Assembly: GCA_040954595.2 (NCBI GenBank) | Contig: CM082589.2 | Coordinates: 3,672,213 to 3,736,212, forward strand | DNA from: Balanoglossus misakiensis | Lineage: Eukaryota > Animalia > Hemichordata | Reading direction: 5' to 3' | Length of the DNA stretch: 64,000 bases | In this document: positions 1 through 12,900 of the stretch, piece after piece | Position numbering within the stretch: the stretch's first letter is position 1 | Layout of the letters: every line of letters starts with the position of its first letter | Position numbers and translations under genes: made by a program | The notes under the pieces: model-generated | The model's input: the letters and a program-made list of their open reading frames with translations, nothing else | The model's database searches: none | What the model was told of the DNA's origin: nothing

Positions 1-1156
1 GAAATTTCACCCAAAATGAAAACACATGACAAATTTTGACGGGATAACGTCAACCAATTTCTCGTTTTATATACAAATCTTCTCCCTATATTCTGCAAGT
101 TGTGATATCAATATGTTGAATGATGTTTTGGTTTTCGAAATGGCGGGCTTGAATTTTATTAATTCATCGGATTAACGTGAAAAACGATCCTGTCTTAGTC
201 TGGCCAATCAGAACTCCCGTTGCTCAGCATCTTTCTAAAGACTCGGGCGATTGTCCTGAAGATTGATTCATTCACTACGTGCCTTCGAAATCGGCCGTCG
301 ACGTGACAACTGGTCATCCGGCAGCCAGCCAAGCCTCTGAGCCGTGCACTGACAACAAAGCCCGTCCCCTGAATTCGAATTGAGGCTATCGTCGTTCTCA
401 ACCGCCGTGACATGAAATACTGAGACATTCCAATAATTTTGACGTCTAATGCCCAATATTGCACTCACCCAGTAATATTCATATATCTTGTAGATATTGT
501 TAAGTGTTGCCACTATCTCTCACCCATGTACACCCGAAGCATAAGCCCGGTAATATATACTCGCCATGTTGAAACAATAATCTTTTGGTTTCAATACTAC
601 CGACGTTTCCAAATATCAATTTTCAAACAGAACTCAAACCACACCATGTCCTAGTTTATATGAGTAGAATATAAGGCGTTAAGCCGTCTGGCTGAAGACG
701 TTAAAATTATTTTAATTGAAGGTCTTGTCAAGAATGTCAACGTGGTCACGTGAAAGGATGTTTTGTCGCGTGATATACGACAGAGAAATCGTTAACATGT
801 TTACTGCATTCCAACTTTTTTTTGTTTTTACAGTGACGACAATCTTCGGCACATTTCGGCCAACCAATTAGTGCTTGTGTACCTTCACAAAGGAAAACCG
901 TGATTGGCTTAGAGGAGGGAGCTTTCGGTTATGATTGGACAGGGTGGATCCGAGGACTTTTGGCTTTGCTTGTCACATAGATGCGATCCTCTTCATGATA
1001 ATTTTTAAAATCAATCCTTAGCACATGCGATCTAGGCATTTGGATTTAACCTGGTTACAGATGTTTATATTGTTGTTTATGTTGTTACTGCCTAATAAAA
1101 ATGAAAACACATCGATGATAGCCTTGAAACCGATGTCAACAATAGTCACACAACAA

Positions 1157-1660
1157 TGATATTACCTTACTTATGGTAACTTTTAATTATTACAACTAAA
1201 GCAACGATAAATATTAAATGATTGTACACTGAAAAAAAACACAAAATAAGAGACTAACTTGAATGTGACCAGGTGCGAAAAATAAAGAGTCAAGTCCAAT
1301 GTTCCGTAGTTTACGAAGAACGCGACAACACCGCGACAGTTCCGACGTTCAGTCCGAGTAGCGCTCTGGCAAATCCACAGGTACACTGCACGGCTTCCAG
1401 GCCAGTTCCACATGAGACAGCACGGCTTCCAGACCAGTCATAAGACGGTACAGCTTCCAAGCCGGTGAGTACCGGAACACAGCTCACAGGCCAGTTCAAA
1501 TTAGCAGCTACCCCACAACGTGGCAACGTGCAGGCTTTTTATACGAGAAAAGTAATGAATGCATCACACCTGGTCATGTAAATACATGTATTCAAATTAC
1601 GAAAATAAACGTTGAGCACACCTGGTCACGAAAACAATAGCAAACTTAACCTACATAACA
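1157..1660 (-). mobile_element. Possible solo LTR / LTR-like repeat
   Basis: Termini are TG...CA (the minus strand begins TGTTATGTAGG). There is a minus-strand TATAAAAA near 1540 and internal ~30-bp direct repeats (cacggcttccaggccagt-like at ~1389, 1421, 1449, 1480). No TSD was seen. Confidence 0.3.
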
Positions 1661-3278
1661 TTGGCCATCTCCTTGTTGTGGTCATTTAGCGTGACAAGAA
1701 TGTTCGCCCATTCTCTTTTCGGTATTTGAGTGCAGCTACCATTCGCGACCCGGGTTTTTATTTAGTAAACTGACTGTATAAGGGGGTCGTTTGTCCCGCG
1801 TTAAGAAGGCTGATCTTTCATACAGCTTTGGCGATTCATTTGAGCAAACGCACACAACGACTTCTTTCATGCCCGCCGGGATCTTCCGACAAGCATATTT
1901 CTACTTGACTACCTACAAAATCAAATTGTAGAGTCTCTCAGTCAGTTATGGGACGAATGCATGCTGACTGCTTGGTATTTGTGTACTGCTAAACCATATG
2001 TGTAAATCTTGAACAAGACAATCGCTCGATTATGACGTTACATGTATTTGAGTTTATGAAAGAAGCTGCCTGTTCTATCTGTTAAAGGAAAAACACCAAC
2101 CATTTCGGCACACCCTGTAAGACCTTGAAATAGTATAATATAACAATAGCTGAATATTACATACACACTTCTCTGGGCTCTAAATGTGTATTTGTGGTAC
2201 TGCGAGAATTATGACCCGACTGTAAAATAATAAGACCACATTTCTTCGTTTTGCATTTTGCAACCAACCAACCAACTAACCAACCAACCAAATTGTCGGT
2301 ATAGGCAGGAGTCCTTGTGATAGTACCAGAGTGGTAGCAAAATATTATTACACGCACATGCCGAACTGTTCGTTGTTACTTTTTTGTTGGTACATGTACT
2401 GCATTTTAAAACTTGCACGACGCAGTGTTTGGTCCAGTACTAGAAATTATGACCAAGAGATGATGGTACACCACGTTTCTGCAGGTAGAACCACAAATAA
2501 ATAATCAAGAGTAACCGAAATAAACAAATAATCAACAGATAGCCACATAATGTTTTCTTGGTATTCTAATGCACCACTGATATCACGTGTCTCGGTTAAT
2601 TTTGAGCTGGTGCCTGCAAAATTGTGTCGCGAGGTGCCCAATCTCCTTCTGACGTCACGCAGTATTTTGATCACAAATGTTAAAGTGTATAAAACGAAAC
2701 CAACACATTTCATGTCACCTTGAACGCGCACGAACGTATTTATTTTTGGGGAAAATTCCTTGACATGCAGAGAGTACAAAGGCCTTCATTCATGACCCAG
2801 GTTTCTCATCTGTGGCGACCGATTTCTTTACACCTCGCTGTGTATGTGAAAAATTCTGCTGATAACGATGGACATTTTAGCACAGACAATTTTAATACAA
2901 CACAGCGAACACAAGATAATCTGACGTTTCGTATTTGGGGGAAATATGAATTTATGCCATTTGATGGTAAACACATTGAGAATCGTTGCACTGAAAATGG
3001 TACATGTACGCCCTCAAGCGACACACACTGCACATTCATGTTTACTGTCGTTTTCAAACGATATTGGGAATCAATGATCGTTTGTTTTGAAATCGAATTG
3101 TAACTTCGTATAACAAAAAAGCACGAATACCAAAATGATTCAAGTTTTCGCATTTAATTGTTCGCCTTGCGCATTACCAAACCAAGAATAATACACTGTG
3201 ACATGTACTTTATTTGTAAAGGTTGTGTGTATTAAGAGCATACCTTTTGAAATAAAGATTGCTTTTTGTCGCATAACC

Positions 3279-5856
3279 TCAATCACAAGTGCTACTTCTT
3301 GTGATGTCCTTTCTTATTAACAAAGCAGCATTCCGAGCACCTATAACCGAACCTTCCATCTGATTCATGACGTCATTCATTGCACCGAGATTGTAGACAC
3401 CAGGAGACAGGATGATATCTTGGTAAGGGGTTCCCTCAGCCTGACGTGGTTTATATGCTGGGTGTTTGAATCTCCAGTGGTGTTTGAACTTTAGCGAGGG
3501 GTTGACGAAGATGTCTGCAAGATCATCAGTGATGTCACGCGATGCCCGGATGTTGTAGTGAACTATGCCACCTGCTGCACGACTTGACATGAACACCATC
3601 AGGCCATGTGATTGGCCGGGAACCCCGAGTATAAAACCCACGTCGGCGTCCAGATGCTCGGCCGTAAAGAAACCTTGTCTGATTCCGTCGGCAGCGACGA
3701 TAAATACGAAGGCCTCACGCCACTCCCTTGCCGGTTGGGTAATCGCTGGATGGAAATGTTTGAAATCGATACCTGTATGTGAAAGATGACATTTTCAGTT
3801 TCTTTTTATTTAGCAACAAAGCGAAACACTGTTCAATTGGTGGAATTGTGTAATTTGGTTTCCGTTCCGTGTATTTGATTGGTAGCTAAATACAGACACC
3901 AAACGCAAGTTCCCTGTTTAAATACCTGTTGTTTCAAATGGCGCAGCGATAACCACGTAATCAGCATACACATTTTGGGTGTCTTCATTTTGGTATACCA
4001 CGTTAAAACCATTTGGTAATTTCTCTACAGATTTCACCGTCGAGTTCAGTAACACCTCGGCTGATGATGATTCAGCCAGCGCTGCAACCAACTTGGAATT
4101 ACCACCGATGATGCGACCTGCGGAAAGGGATCTTCTACGTGATTATCATTATACAGATATAGCATTGAAGATCTGCCCCGCCCTATCGTCAGTGGGAGTG
4201 GCGATAAAAGATGGACGCACCTTCCAGCCAACACATGTAGTGAACCACAGTCCCTAATGATGGTCAAACATTACATTATCATATTATAGAAAACATTCAC
4301 TTGATTTCAAGTTGTTCACTTGCCTGTACCCATGCGTATGGACAAGGCTAGGTTGAGAGCAAACACATGACTGTCCATTTCTTCAGAATAAACCACAGAA
4401 TGGAGAGGCGCCACCGCCAGGGCTTGCAGCTCCAAATCAACTCCGCGATCTGCATAATATTGTCGACCTGCAAGTGTCGGCCACTTCCCCAGATCTCCCG
4501 CCGACAAGTAACCTTCCATCGTGCTGAAGGTATCTCCGCCCCTTACATCATAGCTTTTCTCCATCCGTGTGTAGAAGTCGACCGCGCCACTCGCCAGAAC
4601 TCCCATGGACGTCTGATGCTTCTTTTGAAGTTCTTCCGTGTCGATCAGGTGTTTGCCGTTCCATGCGGTGAAGGTGAATGGGGAGACAAAGTTTGGCTTG
4701 CCGTCGAAATTGCTATCTGTTCTGGCCAGATCCAGTTCTGTTACAAGCTCTTTTATATATCTGTAATAAATGCACCGTCGTCATCATGACCAACTTCGCC
4801 GCAGCCGCCACCACCACCACCACCATCACCACCACCACCGGAAAAAATAACTACAGAAAATACCTCTGGCATCCCATCCACGCGAAGGCACCGATAGTGT
4901 GAATCTCTCCATCAATATTTACATCATAAACACGACCACCTGGAAAGCAACCATAGAAACCAGAAAGTCTTCAGAAACTCCGACTGAATATCCACAAGAA
5001 ATATAGTTTGCAGGCCGGCAAACCATCCTAATAACCCAACAATATGGGAGACATTTTAGATTCACTATTTCTTGCAAGCACGTTGATGACAATTTGACAC
5101 GCCATTTTATACACGTCACATATGTGCAAGTGCCCTTACAAACACAGGTGTATTCAACGCAACTCGAACACGTGCTGTCGCACGCTTACTATTAACACCG
5201 CGCATGGGTACATTCCAACTTACCAATGCGTGCATCGGTTTCAAGTATCACAGTCTTGACTTCCGGTAGAAATTTCTTCAAGTAGTACGCACACGAGGTG
5301 CCACCGATACCAGCTCCAATAATCACAACAGTTTTTTGAGGCTCCTTCTGTTCTTCATTCAATGAACATGTTAGGCAACAAAAAAATGGAAAACACAACT
5401 TTAAAGTTCGTTCACAAAATGCAGTTTGGAACCAAATATTTGTTTGTGCATAGACACAGGGACTATAGTTTGTGGTATTAAACCATCGTGGTCATTTGGT
5501 TGTAATCATATCTGACTTTTATTGTCAATCTTGGCTCCCGCACTTTGCAAACCGAATGGTATGTTATCAATGAGGGGAAACTGTCAACAACTGTACGAGA
5601 ATAACAACTGTATATTTTCCATAAAATTAACACAGAGATGGGCGGCCATATTGAATTTCAGTTTTAAAAAAATGAAACAATAACGTGCCACGACTACAAT
5701 AAATGACTTTTATATCTGGCATTGGGTGCCCGTATGTCGGACATAGATCAAGTCGAACACATTTGTGGAATGTGGAGTGGCCTTGGTCTGTGGCATATAT
5801 CTGACAATAACAATGTGTCTTTCAGTATTCAGCACACAGTGACCTACCCTTGACAT
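3279..5856 (-). CDS. Prenylcysteine oxidase-like flavoprotein, paralogue A (~460 aa, no C-terminal hydrophobic tail)
   Basis: Exons: 5856-5848 (inferred micro-exon ATG TCA AGG|GTAGGT), 5398-5224, 4939-4864, 4760-4324 (GC donor), 4117-3926, 3772-3279; phases are consistent. Has the FAD motif VVIIGAGIGGTSCAYYL...E...RIGGR and C-terminal QMEGSVIGARNAALL (PCYOX1: AMEMSAIAAHNAALL). Internal exon sizes 76/437/192 are identical to paralogue B. The first micro-exon is less certain. Confidence 0.85.
4808..4838. repeat. (CAC)n microsatellite in an intron
   Basis: Run ccaccaccaccaccaccatcaccaccacc is directly visible. Confidence 0.9.
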
Positions 5857-5893
5857 CTCAAGTCCGGTTTTGACCGCAGCAGCAGGCCAGACG

Positions 5894-5900
5894 TTATATA
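5894..5900 (-). promoter_or_regulatory. TATA box of PCYOX-like A within a short bidirectional promoter
   Basis: TATATAA on the minus strand ~40 bp upstream of the inferred ATG (5856). Paralogue B starts at 6337 on the opposite strand. Confidence 0.45.
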
Positions 5901-6336
5901 GAGCAGCCAACAATGCGAGTTACACCGACAACGCACTCAAAATAGATGCTTTTATGCTCACTGCGAGATCTAGCGAGACTTGATTAATTGCCTTTAGCAA
6001 CTCGGGTGTCTGCATGTTTCGATATTTTTAGCAATGTTACGGCAGTTCCATTGGTAGTCAGTTTATGATTTACATTGTAATTTAAGTGTGGAGGCGGTTC
6101 CGGTTAACTGAGGGTCTCGGCCCTGGGAACCGGCCTTCCACTTACATTTAATAGTGGTTTATTTATACAGCGAGGCCTTTTAATCAGAATCACCACCTTA
6201 GAATCAACTGGGTTTCTGTAGGCCAGCACAGCTTCAAGCGGCGAGGACCTTACTTTCGCTGTCTGCGGTTTGAGAGACCACAACCGATTAGGCCTACACG
6301 ATACTGATTGTGAACGTCTCATTTTGCAACCGCAGG

Positions 6337-9300
6337 ATGAATTCGTCGCATCGTCAACAGATTTGCCTGTGCATTTTACTGGTTGCCTTGTTTCATCTCC
6401 CCTCGATGAAAGCAACGGCCTTACAAAAGCCGAGGGTTGTGATTGTTGGAGCTGGAATCGGTGGCGCATCGTGTGCGCACTACTTGAAGACATATCTGCC
6501 AGAAGTGGAAACGATGATTCTTGAAGCGGATTCACGTATTGGTAAGCCTGAAAGAGTTCGGACGCGTGCCGTAATAAGGCCAGTGAGAAGTTGAGGCGCA
6601 GTGTCGCGTTACCTTGAACCGTCGAGGACGGTAGCAAACAAAACAACCATACATTCAAAAGTTTACTGATATTTTTTAATATTTATAGAATAAAAAAGTA
6701 GGTCACCGCGCGAACGCATGAACAGAAAGTACGAGTGGTACGTAGGCCTAATTGTGGAATGATATGCCAGAACAGATGTGAACTGAATATGATACCGCGA
6801 TTTGAATATATTATATGTGTCGATGTGATTTGCATATATATAACAGTGCAATGACTGTACATTCGGGTATATTTCAACTTTCAACAACTTTTGGCGCAAT
6901 AATTATGGAGATATGTATCAATAAGTTTGAAACTGATTTGAGGATGATACAATACAGTGCCCGAGCAGCCATAGTGATTATGTAACAGGCCCGACAATTA
7001 AACAAAGACATGCACGAAACAGGTGGTACAGTCAGTGAGTACGATCTCTAAACGCACCAATCTAATTCTCAGCTTGTGCCAAAGCGCATCATCTCATGTA
7101 CAGGGTAATAAAATAACTCTTTTCATGTAATTGTGATCTTCGAAATATTTCAGGTGGTCGTGTCTACGATGCGGCCGTGGATGATCAAGTATTTCCAATC
7201 GGTGCATATGCTTGGAACGGAAACCATCGGTATGTACTCTCCATTGATTTGTATGATTGGGTGATCTTACTAACACGAGCGAGGATGAACATTCAAATCT
7301 TGACATACATTCCCCAGTTAAAGCCTACGTTAAACACCATAAATCACTTAAGAGTGATAATGTATTGATAATGGTGACTTTTATAATTGATATAGTGGGC
7401 TAAGAATATTGTGTGATTTGGGGGTGCGGGTATTAAAGTGAACTGCGTTTGGGCAATCGTCTTGTTCTGCCAGGTGCCAACGAAAGGAAATACACAATTT
7501 CCATACAGGGCCAGGTGGCACGCTATTCATACACAAATTTACCTTAGGGTTACAATTTACATGTAAGGACTGTGGTACTGTGTCACACGTTCATGAGAAC
7601 TGAAAACTCTCCGATATGAATAAAGTTTTGTACCTTACAGATATATAAAGGACCTTGCTGATGAAATGGGACTAGATAGAACCGACGGCAGTTTTGACGG
7701 CAATCCGAAATTCGTCTCACCTTTCACATACACTGCGTGGAACGGCTCACATCTGATCGACACCACAGAAATCGAAAATGCGCACGAGGAATCTATGGAA
7801 ATTTTGGCGAACGGAACAGTCGATTTCTACATCAGAGGGGAGGCAAGTTACGATTTGAGGGGAAACAACACATTCAACACTATGGAAGAATTTTTATCGT
7901 ATGGTGATCTTGGACTGTTTCCAACCCTTGAATGTCAACAGTATTTCGCAGACAAGGGCGTGGCTTTGGAGTTGCAAGATCTAGCTATGGCAACAAAGCA
8001 GAACTTGGGACATTTCCAGGGATTGCAAAGCCAAGTGTTTTCCATGTACACCTTGATGGCAACACAGATTGGCCAAGGTATTAAAGCTTACAGTTGTCCC
8101 CTTCTATTGTCTGTGTCCCTCTACCACAGAATAAAAACTATGATGATTTATGTAAAGGCAAATTTAGATCCATGCGGGATCCATTCAGTCGATATGAGCA
8201 AATATATACATGATTTACATGGTGTACCAAACGCTATGTTCGGCCCCGTTTCAACCGCTGGCTATGTGACTGTGCTGTGCCCAGGACGCGCAGCCAGCGG
8301 TAGTAATGGGACAGGGGACCCGACTACAATCACGTAAGAGCAGTTCGATCGGCGCTGTAAAAACTTCCGTGGTATTGAATGAATGAAAGAAATTTACTAG
8401 TTATTATAAATTGCTACGGAAGATAAATTTATCATAAGCAAGACATTTGAAAGTAATGGCGATACACACGGCTGTCCTAAGAACAACTTTCAGCTATTGC
8501 GTTTTATTTTAGGTCGAGTTGTCGGCGGTATGGCCAAGTTGGTTGCAGCGCTGGCTGAATCATCATCAGCCGAGGTGTTACTGAACTCGACGGTGAAATC
8601 TGTGGAGAAATTACCAAATGGTTTTAACGTGGTATACCAAAATGAAGACACCCAAAATGTGTATGCTGATTACGTGGTTATCGCTGCGCCATTTGAAACA
8701 ACAGGTAACAGGGAACTTGCGTTTGGTGTCTGTATTTATATACCAATCAAATACACGGAATGGAAACCAAATTACACATTTCCACCAATTGAACAGTGTT
8801 TCGCTTTGTTGCTAAACAAAAGAAAAAGGAAATTGCTATATTGAAAATTGATATATTCTCCTTTTCAGGCATCACCTTCAAGAAGTTTGATCCCCCTATC
8901 TCACAACCAGCAAGAGAGTGGTACATTGCTTACACATATATCCTTGTCGCGAGAGCCCTCAACTTGAACTACTTCAGAGCTGGAAATGTCAGCGAAGACG
9001 TTCCACGCTTTATTGTTAGTGTACCTGGTAAGGGTGACGGCCTGGTCTTTTTGTACAAGAGAGCTGTGGGCGGTGTCTCCTACTACAGTGTGACTACACT
9101 GCGAGACATGAAAGACGCCCTCGACGAGATGTTCGTGGAGCCATCTCTCCGGTTCGAACACCGCTGGGAGTACTCACACCAAGTTCTCGAGCCCCACACA
9201 GATGGAGGTGCTTCTTATCAAGATATGATACTGTCTCCGGGTGTCTACAACGTCGGAATGATGAGTGACTTGGCAGACCAGATGGAAGGTTCTGTCATAG

Positions 9301-9431
9301 CTGCTCGGAACGCGGCTCTGTTGATCAGCAACGATAGACTGATTACCAGTGCCGGTGTTGTGGTTCATCAAATGAAGTGGTTCCAACTGCAATTAATTTT
9401 ATCCCTGTCAATTGTTCTTTTTCTTATTTAA
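6337..9431 (+). CDS. Prenylcysteine oxidase-like flavoprotein, paralogue B (~490 aa, signal peptide plus hydrophobic C-terminus)
   Basis: Exons 6337-6541, 7154-7229, 7641-8077, 8513-8704, 8869-9431, all GT-AG and in phase. Motifs: GAGIGGASCAHYL; ITFKKFDPPIS (PCYOX1: ITFLNFDPPIE); QMEGSVIAARNAALL. Hydrophobic N-terminus ICLCILLVALF and C-terminus LQLILSLSIVLFLI*. Confidence 0.9.
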
Positions 9432-9942
9432 ACTGAAAGTGCATACACGACTAAATCTTTCAGTCTAGTGAGATGTAACTTGATTAAAACTTCCCAGACT
9501 ACAAAATAATTAGCATTGTTTATTATTTCAAGTACCTTAGGTAACATCTAATACAATTGGAATATTATTGGTATCATGACCACAATAAAAGATCCTGAAT
9601 AATTTTGCATAGTGTGAGAAATCACCTAAAAAACTGTGCCTTGTTATTATTGTTTGTCCACAAATAATGTATGCACACAAGGAAACATGTAATTTATCTA
9701 CTTTGGCTGAATTCCATATACTTAAAATGTTGATTATGATATCTTAATATTGTTATCAAAAGCAACTTCCTCTCTCTCTCTCACACACACAATACATACA
9801 TACATATATACAACATCATATTATCAAAAAATTATTCTTGAATCATAAGAAAATGGTTCTTCCTGCTGAAAAAGAAATCACTGTTGGGCCAGTATTTGTA
9901 CATAAAGAAAAAACTAAATAACTGACGGTTATGGGACGTCTT

Positions 9943-12900
9943 TCATTTCAGAAATGGCAAGATCCTTTCTTTGAAAAACTCTTGACTAAACTGGAGATGG
10001 TCGCCGACAGCCGTGAGAAAGACAAGTTTGCCATCTTTGTCCATCTGTTTCAGACCGAGCTTGTCCTGAAAAAAATGAGAGACTGAATTACCTTGAAGCT
10101 AAGAAACTGATGGCATTAATGGCGTCTCATAAATTTAGGTCAACTACACAAGATCTTAGTCGCTGCTACATATGATACATGCCACCTGATTGGCTACAAC
10201 ACATCCATCAGCCAATGAAAACTCATCTTACCTGTATGTAGAGTGGGCTCTCCTGTAGGGTGTATGTCAGCTTGGCCTGTCCTGGTTTGTAGAACCCAAA
10301 CCACTGCAGAACAGAGAAACATGAGGTATACATTACTGCTCTCCACTCTGTGTTTAGTAAACATGGCACTGTCAATAAACAAATCAATAATTCAACCAAT
10401 CAGCAACACCCCACTGAACTCATCACTGATTCAGCTGGCTTCTCAGTAGCAATTGTGATAGAAAACATGTTTAAATATAGCTGCAAGCAGCGATGACGGG
10501 CACAAGCTTAAGCTGAAGGTCAAAGGTCATATGTGGTCACCCAAAATTTGGGCAAAAAGTTTTGACCCCCATACTAGTCCAGGTCCAACAGAAACCTGAC
10601 CTCTAGCCCTATTGGTTTGTCTGAAATTAGATATGCACATAATTAATGATGTAAAGTGTAAGACTCCATTAATAGTTCAATCCATCCAAACACAAATGCT
10701 GTACCTGTTCTGGATGCCGAGATATAGCAAAGTAGGTCAAATGTCACCTGAGGTCACCCAAAATTTGGGCAAAATTTTTGACCCCATACTGATCCATGTC
10801 CCACAAGAACAAAACCTCTAGCCCTATTGGTTAGCCTGGAATTACGTATGCACATAATTAATGAGATATGCAGGTGTCACAGGTGACCCCCAATTTTGGC
10901 TTTTCAATTTTAGTCCCAACCCTCCAAACGCCAAGTCTGTGCCTGCTCAGGTTGCCAAGATATGGTAAATTAGGTCAAAGGTCACCTGAGGTCATGCAAA
11001 ATTTGGGCAAGAAATTTTGACCCTATACTGGTCCATGTTCAACAAAAATCAAACCTCTAACCCCATTGGTTAGCCTGGAATTAGGTATGCACATAATTAA
11101 TGAGATAAGCAGGTGTCACAGGTGACCTTCAATTTTGTCTTTTCAATTTTAGTCACAACCCTCCAAACGCCAAGTCTGTACCTGCTGTGGATGCCGAGAT
11201 CCCAATTTTGTCTTTTCAATTTTTGTCACAACCCTCCATACGCCAAGTCTGTACCTGCTGTGGATGCCAAGATATAGGAAAGTAGGTCAAAGGTCACCTG
11301 AGGTCACCCAAATTTTGGGCAATTTTTTTTTACCCTTTACTGGTCCATGTCCCACAAGCACAAAACCTCTAGCCCTATTAGTTAGCCCAGAATTAGGTAT
11401 GCACATAATTAATGAGTTAAGCAGGTGTTACAGGTGAGCCCAAAATTTTGCCTTTTATTTTGGTCCCATTCTGCTCACGGGCCAATAGAGAGTCACAGTA
11501 CAGGACCATTGCACAGATGTGGACATAGCATCATAGCTTAACTATAGAAAGTATAGGCCTATGGCTGGGTCCAAAAAATATGAAATATAATATTTAAAAA
11601 TCTTCTTCTCAAAATTGACTTGGCCCAGAGCCTTGAAATTTAGCATGTAGGACACTGACCATATGGTCCGCAAAATGATTGCACAGAATTTTGATATCGT
11701 CATTCATATGCAAATTAGGCCCATTTGAAAACTTTGCCCATATATGGTCATCAGGTCATGTGACTAATTACACATTCACGAGGGTACTGCACGAGCTCTC
11801 ATAGACCTGCACCATTGTGCCAAGTTTGAGATTTGTAGGTTCAGCCGTTTTCAAGATCTACCTGAGCAAAAAAACTACACAAGAAAAAAAAAAAAAAAAA
11901 AAAGATGAAAAACCCCAGTAATACCAATAGGGCACAAGCCTGCTTGGCTTGTGCCCTAATAAAAACAGATTTTACCTCGCTTATCTTTGGCTGTACCATG
12001 GTGTCCTCAGAAAATTGCACCATTACAAATTTGTTCAACTTCTGTAAGTTGGTCTTGTAAGACTTATTGACGGCCTGGAAAGGGAGACAATTTACATATT
12101 AACAGAAAATTTGCAAAGCATGTGTGAAAGTCCTTGGTTTCCTTTCAAATGGGCCCCATTTATCAACATGTGTTGTTCAGGTGACCCCCCCCCCCCATTC
12201 AAATTAGTGTATGGAGTTGGTTTCTTCTGCCCGTCGATCAAGCAACTCTTGAGACTTACATTTTCCTGGTTGATATCAGCCAGGAAGATACTCTTGTTCC
12301 TGTACAGTTCTTCATTCAGTGGATCATGCCAGTATTCGGCCTGGCACAGGAAACTCTGCACATAATCGTTGTACGCCCCCAGGTTGAGGAGATCTCTAAC
12401 ATAGTCACAGATGGTAGAACTATTGCCAGGGCAATGTGGAAAGCCATACACACCTAACAGCCAGAGACACAAAGACAAACTGGTTATTTTAAGATGCTGT
12501 AATCCTAAACTGACTTATAAAGAATAGGAAGATCATTGCTCTATCCTTTTGTCACTGTTCTTCATTAAGACCCATTCTTTCAATAGTGATGTGCACCTAT
12601 GCACCAGGTAGCGGGGATGTAAAGGCCTTATGTCTGGCTTTGCTGTCTTTCAGTATATTCTGTGTTCACACTAACCTTGGTGTTGGCCTCCAAAGCTGAT
12701 CAAATTATGCATGGGTGGAGTAGGGCATCTCTGGGCTACAGCTCGACTGATGGTTAAAAAACATTTAGCAAGCAATGTTTTTAAAATCTGGCATTGTGAA
12801 AACTTTCATTGAAATTGCTATCTATCACGCAGGACTTTCCTTCCATATTGAACAAAGCCCTAAATGTGACCGAACTTAAGACAGTGGTGGTTGTTGGGAC

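Noticed and set aside
3279-5398. PCYOX-like A as a pseudogene
   Set aside because: Exon sizes, phases and frame are intact, and a plausible ATG micro-exon exists upstream.
6104-6658. 184-aa minus-strand ORF
   Set aside because: It is the shadow of PCYOX-B exon 1, with no motif support.
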